Source of the DNA: an uncultured Verrucomicrobiales bacterium
Lineage (GTDB): Bacteria; Verrucomicrobiota; Verrucomicrobiia; Verrucomicrobiales; DEV007
Length of the DNA: 23,246 nt
Reading direction: 5' to 3'
NCBI GenBank assembly: GCA_938091905.1
Contig: CALKOM010000054.1
Span: 1-23,246, forward strand
This document shows positions 1-9,625 of this stretch, piece after piece. The number at the start of each line of letters is the position of its first letter. The stretch's first letter is position 1. Both the position numbers and the translations under genes were made by a program. The notes beneath the pieces were generated by a model. It saw only the letters and a list, made by a program, of their open reading frames with translations, was not told the DNA's origin and did not search any database.

Positions 1-1194
1 TTCAAATCCCGCGTCTAGATCCGAGGCCAACGCCACACTCACATCCATCGATTCGCGGTTGATAATGACAAAGTCCGGTAATTCATCATCGTTGAGGTGA
101 CCCGACGCCATTTGGCGAGGACTCACGCCCACCGGCATCTCAGTCACGGCGACGAGTATCCCTTCATTGTTCTTGAAAGTGATCGTGCGATTGAAGTTAC
201 GCAGAACCACGACTAGATCATTCCAGCCATCCCCATCTAGATCTACGATCTCAAGGTCCCGAGGCGCCCCCGGAATAGGAATAGCCTGTCCAGCTTCTCC
301 CTGAACAATCTCTCCCCTCGCCCAGGCCAGAGCATCCAATTGATAAACACGCACCACACCAGCACCTTTATCTGCCGCAATAATGTCAGGGACGATCTCA
401 GCCTCGATTGCACTCGCTAGCGGAGCCACTTCAAAATCATGCGGCTGCATCGCAAAGTCCAGCGTCGAGGCTACTGTCAGCTTCCCCTCAGATTCCACCA
501 CCACGCGCCCCTCAACCTCATACGCATGGACCACGATCAGTGAATCCTTCGTCTGTAACGGAGGTCTCACCGTCCGAAGCATGTAGACCGGCTTGTAACG
601 CCACCCCCACTCCGGCAAACCATCACCTAACATGAGCGGCTGACCGAATCCGCCGTCGCTATCACCATGATAGACGGCCAATCCATGCTGCCGCCCTGCC
701 GCCGCCAAGTCCAAGTGCCCGTCTCCATTAAAGTCACCGGAAACCAAGTTTCGAGTGATCTCCCAAGCCTTCATCGGTGTTCCCAGCGTGAACTGTTGTC
801 CGCCTTCATTCCAAAGGAAATGAATTTCCCCCTCGACTGGGGCCGCAGTCACGATGTCAGGAAGGCCATCGCCATTAAAGTCTGCACAGATCAACTCGCG
901 CAACGTCGCCGCCCCCGTCGCGAAATGGAGCGGTTCAGTGAACGACAAGCCACCCGCCCCAAACGCGATGGAAACGGAACCATCCAGATTACTCACGGCA
1001 AAGTCGAGCTTCCCATCGGCATCCAAATCATCCAGACAAATGCTTTTCGGTCCTTCCCGTCCAGTTTCTGACTCGGAAAGTGGGTCCCCAACCGTGATGC
1101 GATTAGCGAACTTCTGGACATTATCAAATAGCTGAGCCGACGCCGTGGAGGCGGCCAGGCTCGCGGTTAGCAACACAAGAAGACGTGTTTTCAT
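1..1194 (-). CDS. Secreted FG-GAP/VCBS (integrin-alpha-like beta-propeller) repeat protein, partial (runs off window start)
   Basis: Not in the ORF track. Manual translation from ATG 1194 is open to position 1. It begins with a signal peptide (MKTRLLVLLTASLAASTASAQ), followed by repeated DxDxDGxxD motifs: DLDADGKLD, DFNGDGLPD, DFNGDGHLD, DLDGDGWND, HLNDDELPD. Confidence 0.85.
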   Translation of the reverse strand, partial: MKTRLLVLLTASLAASTASAQLFDNVQKFANRITVGDPLSESETGREGPKSICLDDLDADGKLDFAVSNLDGSVSIAFGAGGLSFTEPLHFATGAATLRELICADFNGDGLPDIVTAAPVEGEIHFLWNEGGQQFTLGTPMKAWEITRNLVSGDFNGDGHLDLAAAGRQHGLAVYHGDSDGGFGQPLMLGDGLPEWGWRYKPVYMLRTVRPPLQTKDSLIVVHAYEVEGRVVVESEGKLTVASTLDFAMQPHDFEVAPLASAIEAEIVPDIIAADKGAGVVRVYQLDALAWARGEIVQGEAGQAIPIPGAPRDLEIVDLDGDGWNDLVVVLRNFNRTITFKNNEGILVAVTEMPVGVSPRQMASGHLNDDELPDFVIINRESMDVSVALASDLDAGFE

Positions 1195-1315
1195 AGGCGC
1201 GACTTTGATGACGATACAAGCTCACCCGGTAGGCAAACAGCTTTTTGTGACAAACTCATGAAATCTGAAGATTGACGCAAACGACCGCGTTCTTCAGGAT
1301 TCCACAATTAGGATC

Positions 1316-1501
1316 ATGATAGCAATCGTCGGATCTCTTGCTACTGGCCTCTTTGTTGGCTACGGCATTGCAACGATCAATATCCAGAAGATCTCTCCGA
1401 AAGAAATCCAGCAAGTGTTTCAAAGCCTCGGACTTATCCGAGATCCCTCGCCCGCCGAGATCTCGTTCTATCAGAAACTAGAAGGAACTGTCATCGAGTA
1501 G
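1316..1501 (+). CDS. Small hypothetical protein with an N-terminal hydrophobic segment
   Basis: 61-aa ORF with TAGGA just upstream of the ATG, a possible -35 TTGACG at 1272-1277 and a hydrophobic N-terminus. Its stop abuts the reconstructed MFS stop at 1504 without overlap. Confidence 0.5.
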   Translation: MIAIVGSLATGLFVGYGIATINIQKISPKEIQQVFQSLGLIRDPSPAEISFYQKLEGTVIE

Positions 1502-1503
1502 GT

Positions 1504-2704
1504 CTACGAATGTAATCGAGCACGCTCGTGTCCTCTGCTCAACAACCTCACCACCCCAGACAAGAAGCCCGCAAAGGCACAGCTCCACCAGAAGATGGCT
1601 GGATGCTGCCCATAAAGCATGAGACCCAGTGCTGGCCCAAAGATAATAGATATGGATCACACACGGCCGTTACCACCCATGTAACGACCGCGCATGTCCG
1701 GAGGTGCCAGCTTGGAAATGAAGCTATCTGTTAACAGAAAAGCGATCATCTCACCCAGCATCATCGTTGCCATCGCAATTGCTAACATAACCAAGGAGAC
1801 ACTCAGTCCGCTCATGGCGAGCCCAATCCCTAACAAGGCTAACCCAAGTGCCATGACCCGACGAATAGGAAACCGCTGAGTGACACTCGTGATGGGCAAT
1901 TCGAACAGAAGGACCATCAAACCGTTCATCGAGAGAAGGTAGCCATACACTTTCTTAGTAAACCCAAGGTCCTCGACTACGTAGGTACTGAAGCTCACAT
2001 GAGTCTGAATGAGAATCATCCCAGGCCCAAACAGAGTCAACAAGAACAGCAAGTAAGCACGGTCCATTCGCATAACGCCAATTGCCCTCAACCACCCGCG
2101 AGTGGCCTCGGTCCCTTTTACCCCTTGTGGCAAGGCAAACAAAGCTATCGCCGCAAAGAGTAAACAGGTCGCGGCATCACCGACGAAGAGCCAAAACCAA
2201 GAATGAGAAGCCAGCAATCCCGTAGTCGCAGGGCCGAATATCCAGCCTACATTGAACGCGACACGGCACGTCGCAAAGGCTGCTGCCCGCTGCTCATCCG
2301 GCACCAGTTCCAAAAAGAGCTGACGCTGCCGGGCGATACATTTTCCCAGAAAACCCGACTAGGAGAGTCAGCATCAGGAGAGATCCAAACGAATTTGCTT
2401 GGGAAAGCGGTAGAATCTCAAAGGCACCAAGCACCATGGAAAGTATGATCGTCTTCCTTCTCCCAAAGGAAGACGCGAGTTGTCCACCAATAGCCGAAGA
2501 GATGAGGTTCCCCACACCATACGCCCCAATAACCATGCCAATCTCGGACTTTGGATAGCCTTTATCCAACATATAAAGCGTTAGGAAAGGCACAACAAAG
2601 GCCACGAACTTGTTCAAGACCGAGCCAAAGAAGAGAAAACACACGGCAGGCGGAAAGGACCGCACCGTGGAAAGAAGCGAAGGTATTGAGTGTGAAGTTG
2701 GCAC
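1504..2704 (-). pseudogene. MFS transporter (DHA1/MdtH-like) pseudogene
   Basis: MFS motif A (GQLASSFGRR) is in 2704-2294. A frameshift at the T5 run (plus-strand A5, 2312-2316) joins YRPAASAL to ELVPDEQRAAAF. An in-frame TGA at 1659-1657 is followed by SISIIFGPALGLMLYGQHPAIFWWSCAFAGFL and a TAG at 1506-1504. Reconstructed length is about 400 aa. Confidence 0.85.
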
Positions 2705-2718
2705 CGGTGCGAAACAAT

Positions 2719-2747
2719 AAAAAAACCTGCTCTCGGGAGAGGGCAGG
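2719..2747 (-). terminator. Intrinsic terminator-like hairpin in the MFS 5' leader
   Basis: The minus strand reads CCUGCCCUC-UCCC-GAGAGCAGG-UUUUUUU (8 of 9 pairs plus U7) and ends 14 nt before the MFS GTG start. Confidence 0.65.
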
Positions 2748-3002
2748 GTGGCGACGGTTCGAATGAGATCTACAATAGATGAACTGAGCTAACTAACCCT
2801 GCAGTGGGTAAGAATGCCGACTAGCGGCAGGACAGAGGCGACAAGCCACGTCATCTACATGACACGACGCGGGCACTGTTTGCCCCAATAATGCGTCGAG
2901 TGAGTCTTTATTGCCCTTATCGAGACTGACAAGGTGCATTCCGTCAAACGCTTCTGCATATTGGACTGGCTCAGAACGCAAACGCCCCTCTATGCTCCCG
3001 AC

Positions 3003-4511
3003 ATGAAGTTCCTTCTAGCACTCGACCAGGGCACGACAAGTTCGCGTGCCATCGTCTTCGACGCCCAAGGTGAAATCGCCAGCATGGCGCAGAGCGAATT
3101 CACCCAGCACTTCCCGCAGCCCGGCTGGGTCGAACATGACGCCAATGAAATCTGGGAGACTCAGGTGGGAGCAGCGAAAGAAGCCATCGAAGCCGCTGGC
3201 ATTGCGACATCAGCAATCGCCGGCATCGGTATCACCAATCAGCGTGAAACCGTAGTCGTCTGGGACCGCAGGACGGGCGAGCCGCTTGCTCCAGCAATCG
3301 TTTGGCAAGACCGACGCACATCAGACTTCTGTGCCGCGAATAAGGAAGCCTGGGAAACAAAGATAACGGAACGGACTGGTTTGCTATTGGATCCCTATTT
3401 TTCAGGAACCAAGCTGAAGTGGTTACTCGATGAAGTGGACGGCGCCCGAGACCGTGCCCGCGCGGGCGAGTTGCTATTCGGAACGATGGAGACGTGGCTC
3501 ATCTGGAAACTCACGAACGGAAAGGTGCATGTCACTGACGTGAGTAATGCTAGTCGCACTTTACTGATGAATATTGGAACACTCGAGTGGGACACCACGC
3601 TGCTAGAGTGGCTGGATATTCCTAGCGAGATGCTTCCCAAGATCGTCGGGAATAGCGAAATCGTCGGGAAAACCACTTTATTCGGGGATACCATTCCCAT
3701 CGCAGGCATGGCTGGCGACCAGCAGGCCGCTCTATTTGGGCAACTCTGCATCGATGCCGGCATGGTCAAGAACACCTATGGAACCGGCTGCTTTCTCTTA
3801 ATGCAGACGGGCGACAAGCCAGTGCCTTCGAAACATCGTTTGCTCACTACAGTTGCATGGAAGTTGGGCGACGCACCCTGTCAGTATGCTTTAGAAGGCT
3901 CTGTCTTTGCTGCGGGCTCCGTTGTGCAGTGGCTTCGTGATGGCCTCAAGCTTATCGAGAAAGCCGAAGACGTGAATGCGCTTGCAGCGACCGAGTCAGA
4001 CAACGGCGGAGTCTACCTAGCTCCAGCCTTCTCGGGATTAGGAGCCCCGCACTGGGATCCCTATGCACGGGGGCTCATTGCGGGATTGACCCGCGGCAGT
4101 TCCTCCGGACACCTAGCACGGGCCGCGTTGGAGTCCATTGCCTTTCAAGTAGATGATCTCATCACGGCCATGAAAGCGGACACTGGACTGTCCCTAGCCG
4201 AAGTACGAGTGGATGGGGGCGCGTCAGATTCCGATCTGTTGATGCAAATCCAAAGTGATTTGTTAGATTGCGACATTGTCCGAACATCGACCGCCGAAAC
4301 AACCGCACGCGGGGCCGCCTTCCTAGCCGGACTTGCCACGGGCGTCTGGAAGGATACAGATGAGCTACGAGCCCTGTGGAAAGAAGCCCACCGGTTCCTA
4401 CCCGCCGGAAAGACCGAGGAAATCGCCAAGCGACGCAAAGGATGGACTGCCGCTGTCAAACGCAGTCTCCGCTGGGCGCTAGAGCTGGCCGAGGAAGGTA
4501 ATCACGGGTAA
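3003..4511 (+). CDS. glpK: Glycerol kinase
   Basis: FGGY/GlpK motifs [54 protein letters not shown] 3003 is preferred over the upstream GTG 2934. Confidence 0.96.
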   Translation: MKFLLALDQGTTSSRAIVFDAQGEIASMAQSEFTQHFPQPGWVEHDANEIWETQVGAAKEAIEAAGIATSAIAGIGITNQRETVVVWDRRTGEPLAPAIVWQDRRTSDFCAANKEAWETKITERTGLLLDPYFSGTKLKWLLDEVDGARDRARAGELLFGTMETWLIWKLTNGKVHVTDVSNASRTLLMNIGTLEWDTTLLEWLDIPSEMLPKIVGNSEIVGKTTLFGDTIPIAGMAGDQQAALFGQLCIDAGMVKNTYGTGCFLLMQTGDKPVPSKHRLLTTVAWKLGDAPCQYALEGSVFAAGSVVQWLRDGLKLIEKAEDVNALAATESDNGGVYLAPAFSGLGAPHWDPYARGLIAGLTRGSSSGHLARAALESIAFQVDDLITAMKADTGLSLAEVRVDGGASDSDLLMQIQSDLLDCDIVRTSTAETTARGAAFLAGLATGVWKDTDELRALWKEAHRFLPAGKTEEIAKRRKGWTAAVKRSLRWALELAEEGNHG

Positions 4512-4567
4512 TGCGCCCCGAATTGGAGCTTGTCAGACGAGGCGTAACCTGTTCAGCATGAGGGGTT

Positions 4568-5374
4568 ATGAATCCTATCGTCGGCGAGATTGTTGGAACC
4601 ATGATCCTCATTGCGATGGGTTGTGGCGTGTGTGCCTCCGGATCCCTCACAGGCACCTACGCTAAGGGCACCGGTTGGCTTTTAGGATCGATTGGTTGGG
4701 GAATGGCCGTGGCCTTGGCCGTGTTTGCGGTGGGAGATATCAGCGGCGCTCATCTGAATCCTGCCGTCACCCTAGCACTGGCGACCACCGGTGACTTTGC
4801 ATGGGGCGACGTCGCTGGTTACATCGCCGCCCAATTCGCTGGAGCGTTCCTCGGCGCCGTCATCGTCTACTTTCACTACTTACCACACTGGGACCAAACT
4901 GACGACCCTGGCACTAAGCTCGGCGTCTTCTCCACGAGCCCCGCCATAAACCACACACCCTCCAATGTTCTCAGTGAATTCATCGCAACCTTCCTCTTCA
5001 TCCTATCTTTGTTAGCCATCGGCGCGAATGAGTTCACCGAGGGCCTCAAGCCACTCATCGTCGGGCTCTTAGTCATGGCGATTGGTAATTCACTAGGCAG
5101 TACCACCGGTTACGCCATCAATCCTGCAAGAGACCTCGGTCCGAGGATCGCTCACGCCATCCTGCCCATCGCCGGGAAGGGTGGCTCTAATTGGGGCTAC
5201 TCGTGGGTGCCCGTGATCGGTCCCGTCCTTGGCGGTATTTATGCAGCTCTGTTCTATCAAGCCGTTTTTAAAAATACCGTGACGACGTTGTTTTGGGTAG
5301 CGACCATAGCATCCATCGCGTTCATGGCTGTCGCTGCCAACGCCACACGCCATCAGACTACAAGCACTTCTTAG
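4568..5374 (+). CDS. glpF: Glycerol uptake facilitator (aquaglyceroporin, MIP family)
   Basis: Two NPA boxes (SGAHLNPAV, GYAINPARDLGPR), with the Asp after the second NPA typical of glyceroporins. Directly downstream of glpK. Confidence 0.93.
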   Translation: MNPIVGEIVGTMILIAMGCGVCASGSLTGTYAKGTGWLLGSIGWGMAVALAVFAVGDISGAHLNPAVTLALATTGDFAWGDVAGYIAAQFAGAFLGAVIVYFHYLPHWDQTDDPGTKLGVFSTSPAINHTPSNVLSEFIATFLFILSLLAIGANEFTEGLKPLIVGLLVMAIGNSLGSTTGYAINPARDLGPRIAHAILPIAGKGGSNWGYSWVPVIGPVLGGIYAALFYQAVFKNTVTTLFWVATIASIAFMAVAANATRHQTTSTS

Positions 5375-5408
5375 GCTAAGAGTAGCACTGGCCTAAATCG
5401 AAACAGCA

Positions 5409-6722
5409 CTACGAAAGCTGACTGAACTTTTCTTCAACCAATCTGCCTACCATGGCTTCGATGGCTTCGTGCCGAAGCTTGCCAAATACTTCGGCAGCGA
5501 ACCCATAGGTTATCAACTGCTTGGCGATGTCGGTCGGAATACCGCGAGCATTGAAGTAGAAGACGTCTTCCTCCGTGATGGGACCACTCGTCGAACCGTG
5601 ACTGCACTTCACCTGGTCGGCGTTGATTTCAAGTCCGGGCATGGAATTGGCTTCAGCCTCGTCACTTAAGAGGAGGTTGCGACAAGTCTGATAGGCATCC
5701 GTGTAATGGGCGCCTTCGTCAACCATGATAAGCCCGGCGAAAACACTACGAGACTTATCATTAAGAGCGTTCTTGTAGAGAAGGTCACTGGTCGTGTGCG
5801 CTTCGCCATGATGCTGAAGCGTCCGCTGGTCGACTTGTTGCGAAGACGACGGCGCTGACACAGAGAGCATATCGCTATTCGCACCTTTGCCAGAAAGATG
5901 ACTGACACTTTCCGTGCGCGACCACGCAGATCCAATCTGCACTTGAAGGCTCTTCACGTCCGCATCGGCACTCGCAAGCGTCGACGAGATATGGATATTC
6001 GATGACGTCGGGCTGAGACTTTGACAGGCCACATAGCGCAACTTGCTGCCACGACCAGCGACCAGATCCACGACACCGCATGCAAGACCCGTTTCTAAAT
6101 CCGAAGCCGAACCATAGTAATCCACCACGGTCACCTTGGAATTCTCACCGGTGACGATAAGCGTGTGCGGGAACATGCTTGCATTCGCTCCGCCAACCCA
6201 ATGAAAGGCCTCAATAGGCAAGGCAATCTCCACGCCTGCCGGAACATAAATGAAGAGACCACTCTTGGTTCGGCTCTTGTGCAGTTGGGCAAACTTCTCG
6301 GAACCGAGCGTCGCATCCTGCGTCATGAAGTGTTCTTGCAAGAGCTGCGCGTGTTTTTCCACAGCTTCGGCAAGCGGCAGACAGATAAGGCCATCCACTG
6401 CGGGGCGATCCGCGTGTGCGAGGGATTCATTGGCGAAGACAAACTTGCCAGAGGTCTCTTCAAGTTGGCTCGAACGAGCAATGAGGCCTTTGACCGTTGC
6501 CTCATCCAATGAAGCTGCCGATTGAAAAGCTTCTAAGGCAGCAGTTCGTTTGAGATCGCCAAAGCGCCACGGCTCGTCAGTGCGCTTCGGCAACGGCAAT
6601 GCGGAAGACGCTTCCCAGGCCGAGCTTTGCAGGTCTTGATACCATTGCGGCAAACCAGCGTCTCCGAAATCTGGAGCGGTTGTTAGCACAGAGGATGGTT
6701 TCGTTTCTGTATCAGCAATCAC
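5409..6722 (-). CDS. sufD: Fe-S cluster assembly protein SufD
   Basis: EPWRF near the N-terminus, then SDLLYKNAL, PGLEINADQVKCSHGST and FYFNARGI. Follows sufB. Confidence 0.92.
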   Translation of the reverse strand: MIADTETKPSSVLTTAPDFGDAGLPQWYQDLQSSAWEASSALPLPKRTDEPWRFGDLKRTAALEAFQSAASLDEATVKGLIARSSQLEETSGKFVFANESLAHADRPAVDGLICLPLAEAVEKHAQLLQEHFMTQDATLGSEKFAQLHKSRTKSGLFIYVPAGVEIALPIEAFHWVGGANASMFPHTLIVTGENSKVTVVDYYGSASDLETGLACGVVDLVAGRGSKLRYVACQSLSPTSSNIHISSTLASADADVKSLQVQIGSAWSRTESVSHLSGKGANSDMLSVSAPSSSQQVDQRTLQHHGEAHTTSDLLYKNALNDKSRSVFAGLIMVDEGAHYTDAYQTCRNLLLSDEAEANSMPGLEINADQVKCSHGSTSGPITEEDVFYFNARGIPTDIAKQLITYGFAAEVFGKLRHEAIEAMVGRLVEEKFSQLS

Positions 6723-6762
6723 GTAATCGAATAATGGAACAGTTTAATAGAAACGTTAGACA

Positions 6763-8178
6763 TTAACCAACAGAACCTTCCATCTCTAAATCGATGAGGC
6801 GCTTCAGTTCAACACTGTATTCCATGGGGAACTCGCGAACGAGGTCGTTGACGAAGCCATTTACACTCAAGCTCATCGCCTCTGCTTCTGAGAGGCCGCG
6901 TTGTTTCATGTAGAATATTTGGTCCTCACTCACTTGACTAACGCTTGCCTCGTGCTGAGTAGCATGTTGATTGCCGCGCACAGTGATTGCGGGATAGGTA
7001 TCAGTCTTGCTCTTTGTGTTGATGAGCAAGGCATCACACTCGGTGTTATTCTTGCAACCTTTGAGATGCTTCGGGATATGGACCTGACCACGGTAGGTAG
7101 AGCGCCCCTTGCCCACACTGATACTCTTGGAAACGACGTTGCTCGTTGTTTCATCCGCTGCGTGAATCATCTTTGCACCGGTGTCCTGATGTTGACCATC
7201 ATTGGCCAAGGCAATACTGACAACTTCACCTCGTGCCTTACGGCCTTTCATGACCACACCAGGATACTTCATCGTGAGGCGCGAACCGATATTGCAATCG
7301 ATCCAGCGAATCTCCGCATTCTCGTGGGCCAAGCCGCGCTTGGTCACCAAGTTAAAGACATTGGCAGACCAATTCTGGACCGTGATGTATTGAATCTTCG
7401 CATCCTTCATCGCGACGAGTTCCACCACCGCACTGTGGAGCGTGGAGGTCTCGAACTTCGGCGCGGTGCAGCCTTCCATATACATCACCTCGGAACCTTC
7501 GTCACAAATAATGAGCGTCCTCTCAAACTGACCAAAGTTCTCCGCATTGATTCGGAAATAGGCCTGGAGCGGATGACTCACCTTCACACCCGGCGGAACG
7601 TAAATGAAGCTCCCCCCACTAAAGACAGCACTATTCAGAGCAGAAAACTTATTATCGGAAGTCGGAATAACTTTACCGAACCACTTCTTAAAAATCTCGG
7701 GATGCTCACGGAGGCCTTCCGTGCTGTTGACAAAGATGACGCCCTCCTTCTCCAGAGACTCTTTCACATTGGAGTAGGCAGCTTCACTATCAAACTGCGC
7801 TTCTACCCCCGCGAGAAATTTGCGCTCCTGCTCAGGAATGCCTAGGCGCTCAAACGTTTCCTTCATGTCGTCCGGCACATCTTCCCAACTGCGTGTAGGC
7901 TGCTGGCCATGTGCAAGGTAGTAACGGATCTTGTCGAAATCGATTTCTTTGAGATCTTCACTCGCCCAATGCGTCGGCATGGGCTTGTCACGAAAGATCT
8001 TTAACGCGCGATGACGGAACTCGCGGATCCATTCAGCCTCTTTCTTGACCCCGGAAATATAGTCAATGGTCTTGTCCGTTAGGCCAATTCCTGCATCAAA
8101 TTCGTGGGACTCCGGATAGCTAAAATCACCGACACTACGGTCGATATCGATGGCACTGGTTGCTTCTATTGCGCTCAT
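6763..8178 (-). CDS. sufB: Fe-S cluster assembly scaffold SufB
   Basis: [73 protein letters not shown]. Confidence 0.97.
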   Translation of the reverse strand: MSAIEATSAIDIDRSVGDFSYPESHEFDAGIGLTDKTIDYISGVKKEAEWIREFRHRALKIFRDKPMPTHWASEDLKEIDFDKIRYYLAHGQQPTRSWEDVPDDMKETFERLGIPEQERKFLAGVEAQFDSEAAYSNVKESLEKEGVIFVNSTEGLREHPEIFKKWFGKVIPTSDNKFSALNSAVFSGGSFIYVPPGVKVSHPLQAYFRINAENFGQFERTLIICDEGSEVMYMEGCTAPKFETSTLHSAVVELVAMKDAKIQYITVQNWSANVFNLVTKRGLAHENAEIRWIDCNIGSRLTMKYPGVVMKGRKARGEVVSIALANDGQHQDTGAKMIHAADETTSNVVSKSISVGKGRSTYRGQVHIPKHLKGCKNNTECDALLINTKSKTDTYPAITVRGNQHATQHEASVSQVSEDQIFYMKQRGLSEAEAMSLSVNGFVNDLVREFPMEYSVELKRLIDLEMEGSVG

Positions 8179-8190
8179 GTTAGGGAATAG

Positions 8191-8940
8191 TTAGGCTGCG
8201 GTTTCGTCGAGAACCCAATCGTAGCCGCGCTCTTCGAGTTCGAGAGCGAGGTCTTTGTCGCCGGAGCGGATGATCTTACCGTCTTTCATGACGTGAACGA
8301 CATCCGGCACAATGTAGTCGAGGAGACGCTGGTAGTGCGTGATAACGAGGAACCCACGCTCAGATGATCGCATGCGGTTGACGCCTTCAGAAACGACCTT
8401 CAGGGCATCGATATCGAGACCACTGTCAGTCTCATCAAGCACCGCATAGGACGGCCTCAACATAGCCATTTGGAGAATCTCGTTGCGCTTCTTCTCACCA
8501 CCCGAGAACCCTTCATTCACCGCTCGACCAGTAAACTTGCGGTCCATTTCGAGCCGGTCCATCTCTGCATAGAGCTCCTTGTAATAGGCCACGGCATCGA
8601 GCTCTTCGCCTTTCGGCAATCGCGCTTGGAGTGCGGCACGAATGAAGTTGGCATTGGTCACTCCAGGAATTTCATGGGGATACTGGAACGCCATGAAGAG
8701 ACCTCCACGAGACCGCTCATCCGCCTCCATCTCTAAAAGGTCGACACCATCCATAGAGATCTTACCATCAGTAACCTCATAGTCCTCGTGACCCGCTAGC
8801 ACCTTGGCTAATGTGCTTTTACCAGAGCCGTTGGGGCCCATGATGGCATGCACTTCGCCTTTGGGCAGGGTCAAGTTGAGGCCTTTGATAATCGGCTGAT
8901 TACCAATGCTCACTCTCAGGTCGCTAATTTCGATACTCAT
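8191..8940 (-). CDS. sufC: Fe-S cluster assembly ATPase SufC
   Basis: Walker [52 protein letters not shown]. Confidence 0.97.
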   Translation of the reverse strand: MSIEISDLRVSIGNQPIIKGLNLTLPKGEVHAIMGPNGSGKSTLAKVLAGHEDYEVTDGKISMDGVDLLEMEADERSRGGLFMAFQYPHEIPGVTNANFIRAALQARLPKGEELDAVAYYKELYAEMDRLEMDRKFTGRAVNEGFSGGEKKRNEILQMAMLRPSYAVLDETDSGLDIDALKVVSEGVNRMRSSERGFLVITHYQRLLDYIVPDVVHVMKDGKIIRSGDKDLALELEERGYDWVLDETAA

Positions 8941-8993
8941 TTGAGGTGGTTTTGTCTTGTCGGTGGGATGAGGGGGCGTTCGACGCTAACAGG

Positions 8994-9458
8994 TTACGCT
9001 TCTAAAGGAGCGTCAGGGACACATCGGGAACAAGTTCCGCGAAGAGTAACTTCTAACCGAGTCACTTCAGCTCCCTGTGGCAAAGTAATGGTTTCCGAGA
9101 GGTGCTGGGAATCTTCCAGAGGCACATCAGAAACTTGACCGCAGGTCTGGCAACAGAAGTGGGCATGATCAGCGAGATTAGCGCAGTAGCGAGAAGATTC
9201 GCGATCGAGATTCACTTGACGGATCAACCCACTTTGCGTCATCGCATCGAGACAGTTGTAAACGGTGGCCAAAGATATCGTCGGCATGGCGTCTTTTACC
9301 TGAAGGAAGACGTCGCTCGCGCTCGGGTGATCCTGGCGAGACATGAGCACATCATAAATCTGCCGACGCTGAGGCGTCATGCGGAAATCTCCTAGATCGG
9401 GTCCGGGGGCCTCGGCGTCGGAAGACTGCAACTGAGTGTGCGGGATCTCTTGAGCCAT
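8994..9458 (-). CDS. Fur-family (PerR-like) transcriptional regulator heading the suf operon
   Basis: RMTPQRR, DHPSA, ISLATVYN, HAH and two CxxC motifs (C103/C106, C143/C146). Confidence 0.92.
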   Translation of the reverse strand: MAQEIPHTQLQSSDAEAPGPDLGDFRMTPQRRQIYDVLMSRQDHPSASDVFLQVKDAMPTISLATVYNCLDAMTQSGLIRQVNLDRESSRYCANLADHAHFCCQTCGQVSDVPLEDSQHLSETITLPQGAEVTRLEVTLRGTCSRCVPDAPLEA

Positions 9459-9468
9459 CTAGCGTCAC

Positions 9469-9506
9469 CTAGAACGGTTCTAAGTTGAGATCAAGAATTA
9501 TTCTAA
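9469..9506. promoter_or_regulatory. Two tandem Per-box-like inverted repeats (probable operators)
   Basis: CTAGAACGGTTCTAA (9469-9483) and CAAGAATTATTCTAA (9492-9506) start 23 bp apart and are each followed by GTTG. They lie directly upstream of the regulator ATG and resemble the TTANAATNATTNTAA Per box. Confidence 0.75.
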
Positions 9507-9625
9507 GTTGTCTCAGAGCCCAATTCGGCAGTTCTTGTCGGCAAGATATCGATTATAACTGCGACATCTCGCACTTTTAAGATTCGTTTGATGAAAACCT
9601 GGCCCCATACCATCCGGGCGTCGAC

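Noticed and set aside
383..1135. Several plus-strand ORFs (67-134 aa)
   Set aside because: They are antisense to the motif-bearing FG-GAP frame on the minus strand.
1657..1659. TGA recoded as Trp or Sec (alternative genetic code)
   Set aside because: TGA acts as a normal stop elsewhere (9626 and 10663), intact genes use TGG for Trp, and the same gene also has a frameshift.
2749..2791. tRNA-like words on the minus strand (TAGCTCAGTT, TTCGAACC, ...CGCCA)
   Set aside because: No cloverleaf can be built: the spacing is too short and there is no matching D-stem partner or anticodon arm. Better treated as part of the MFS leader.
2793..2981. 62-aa minus-strand ORF between the MFS gene and glpK as a stand-alone gene
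   Set aside because: Weak TTG start, no recognisable features, and it overlaps the probable divergent promoter region. Only its 3' end is considered, as a possible leader peptide.
6901..7845. 314-aa plus-strand ORF
   Set aside because: Antisense shadow of the highly conserved sufB with no recognisable motifs. The same applies to the antisense ORFs over alaS, glpK, metY and sufD.
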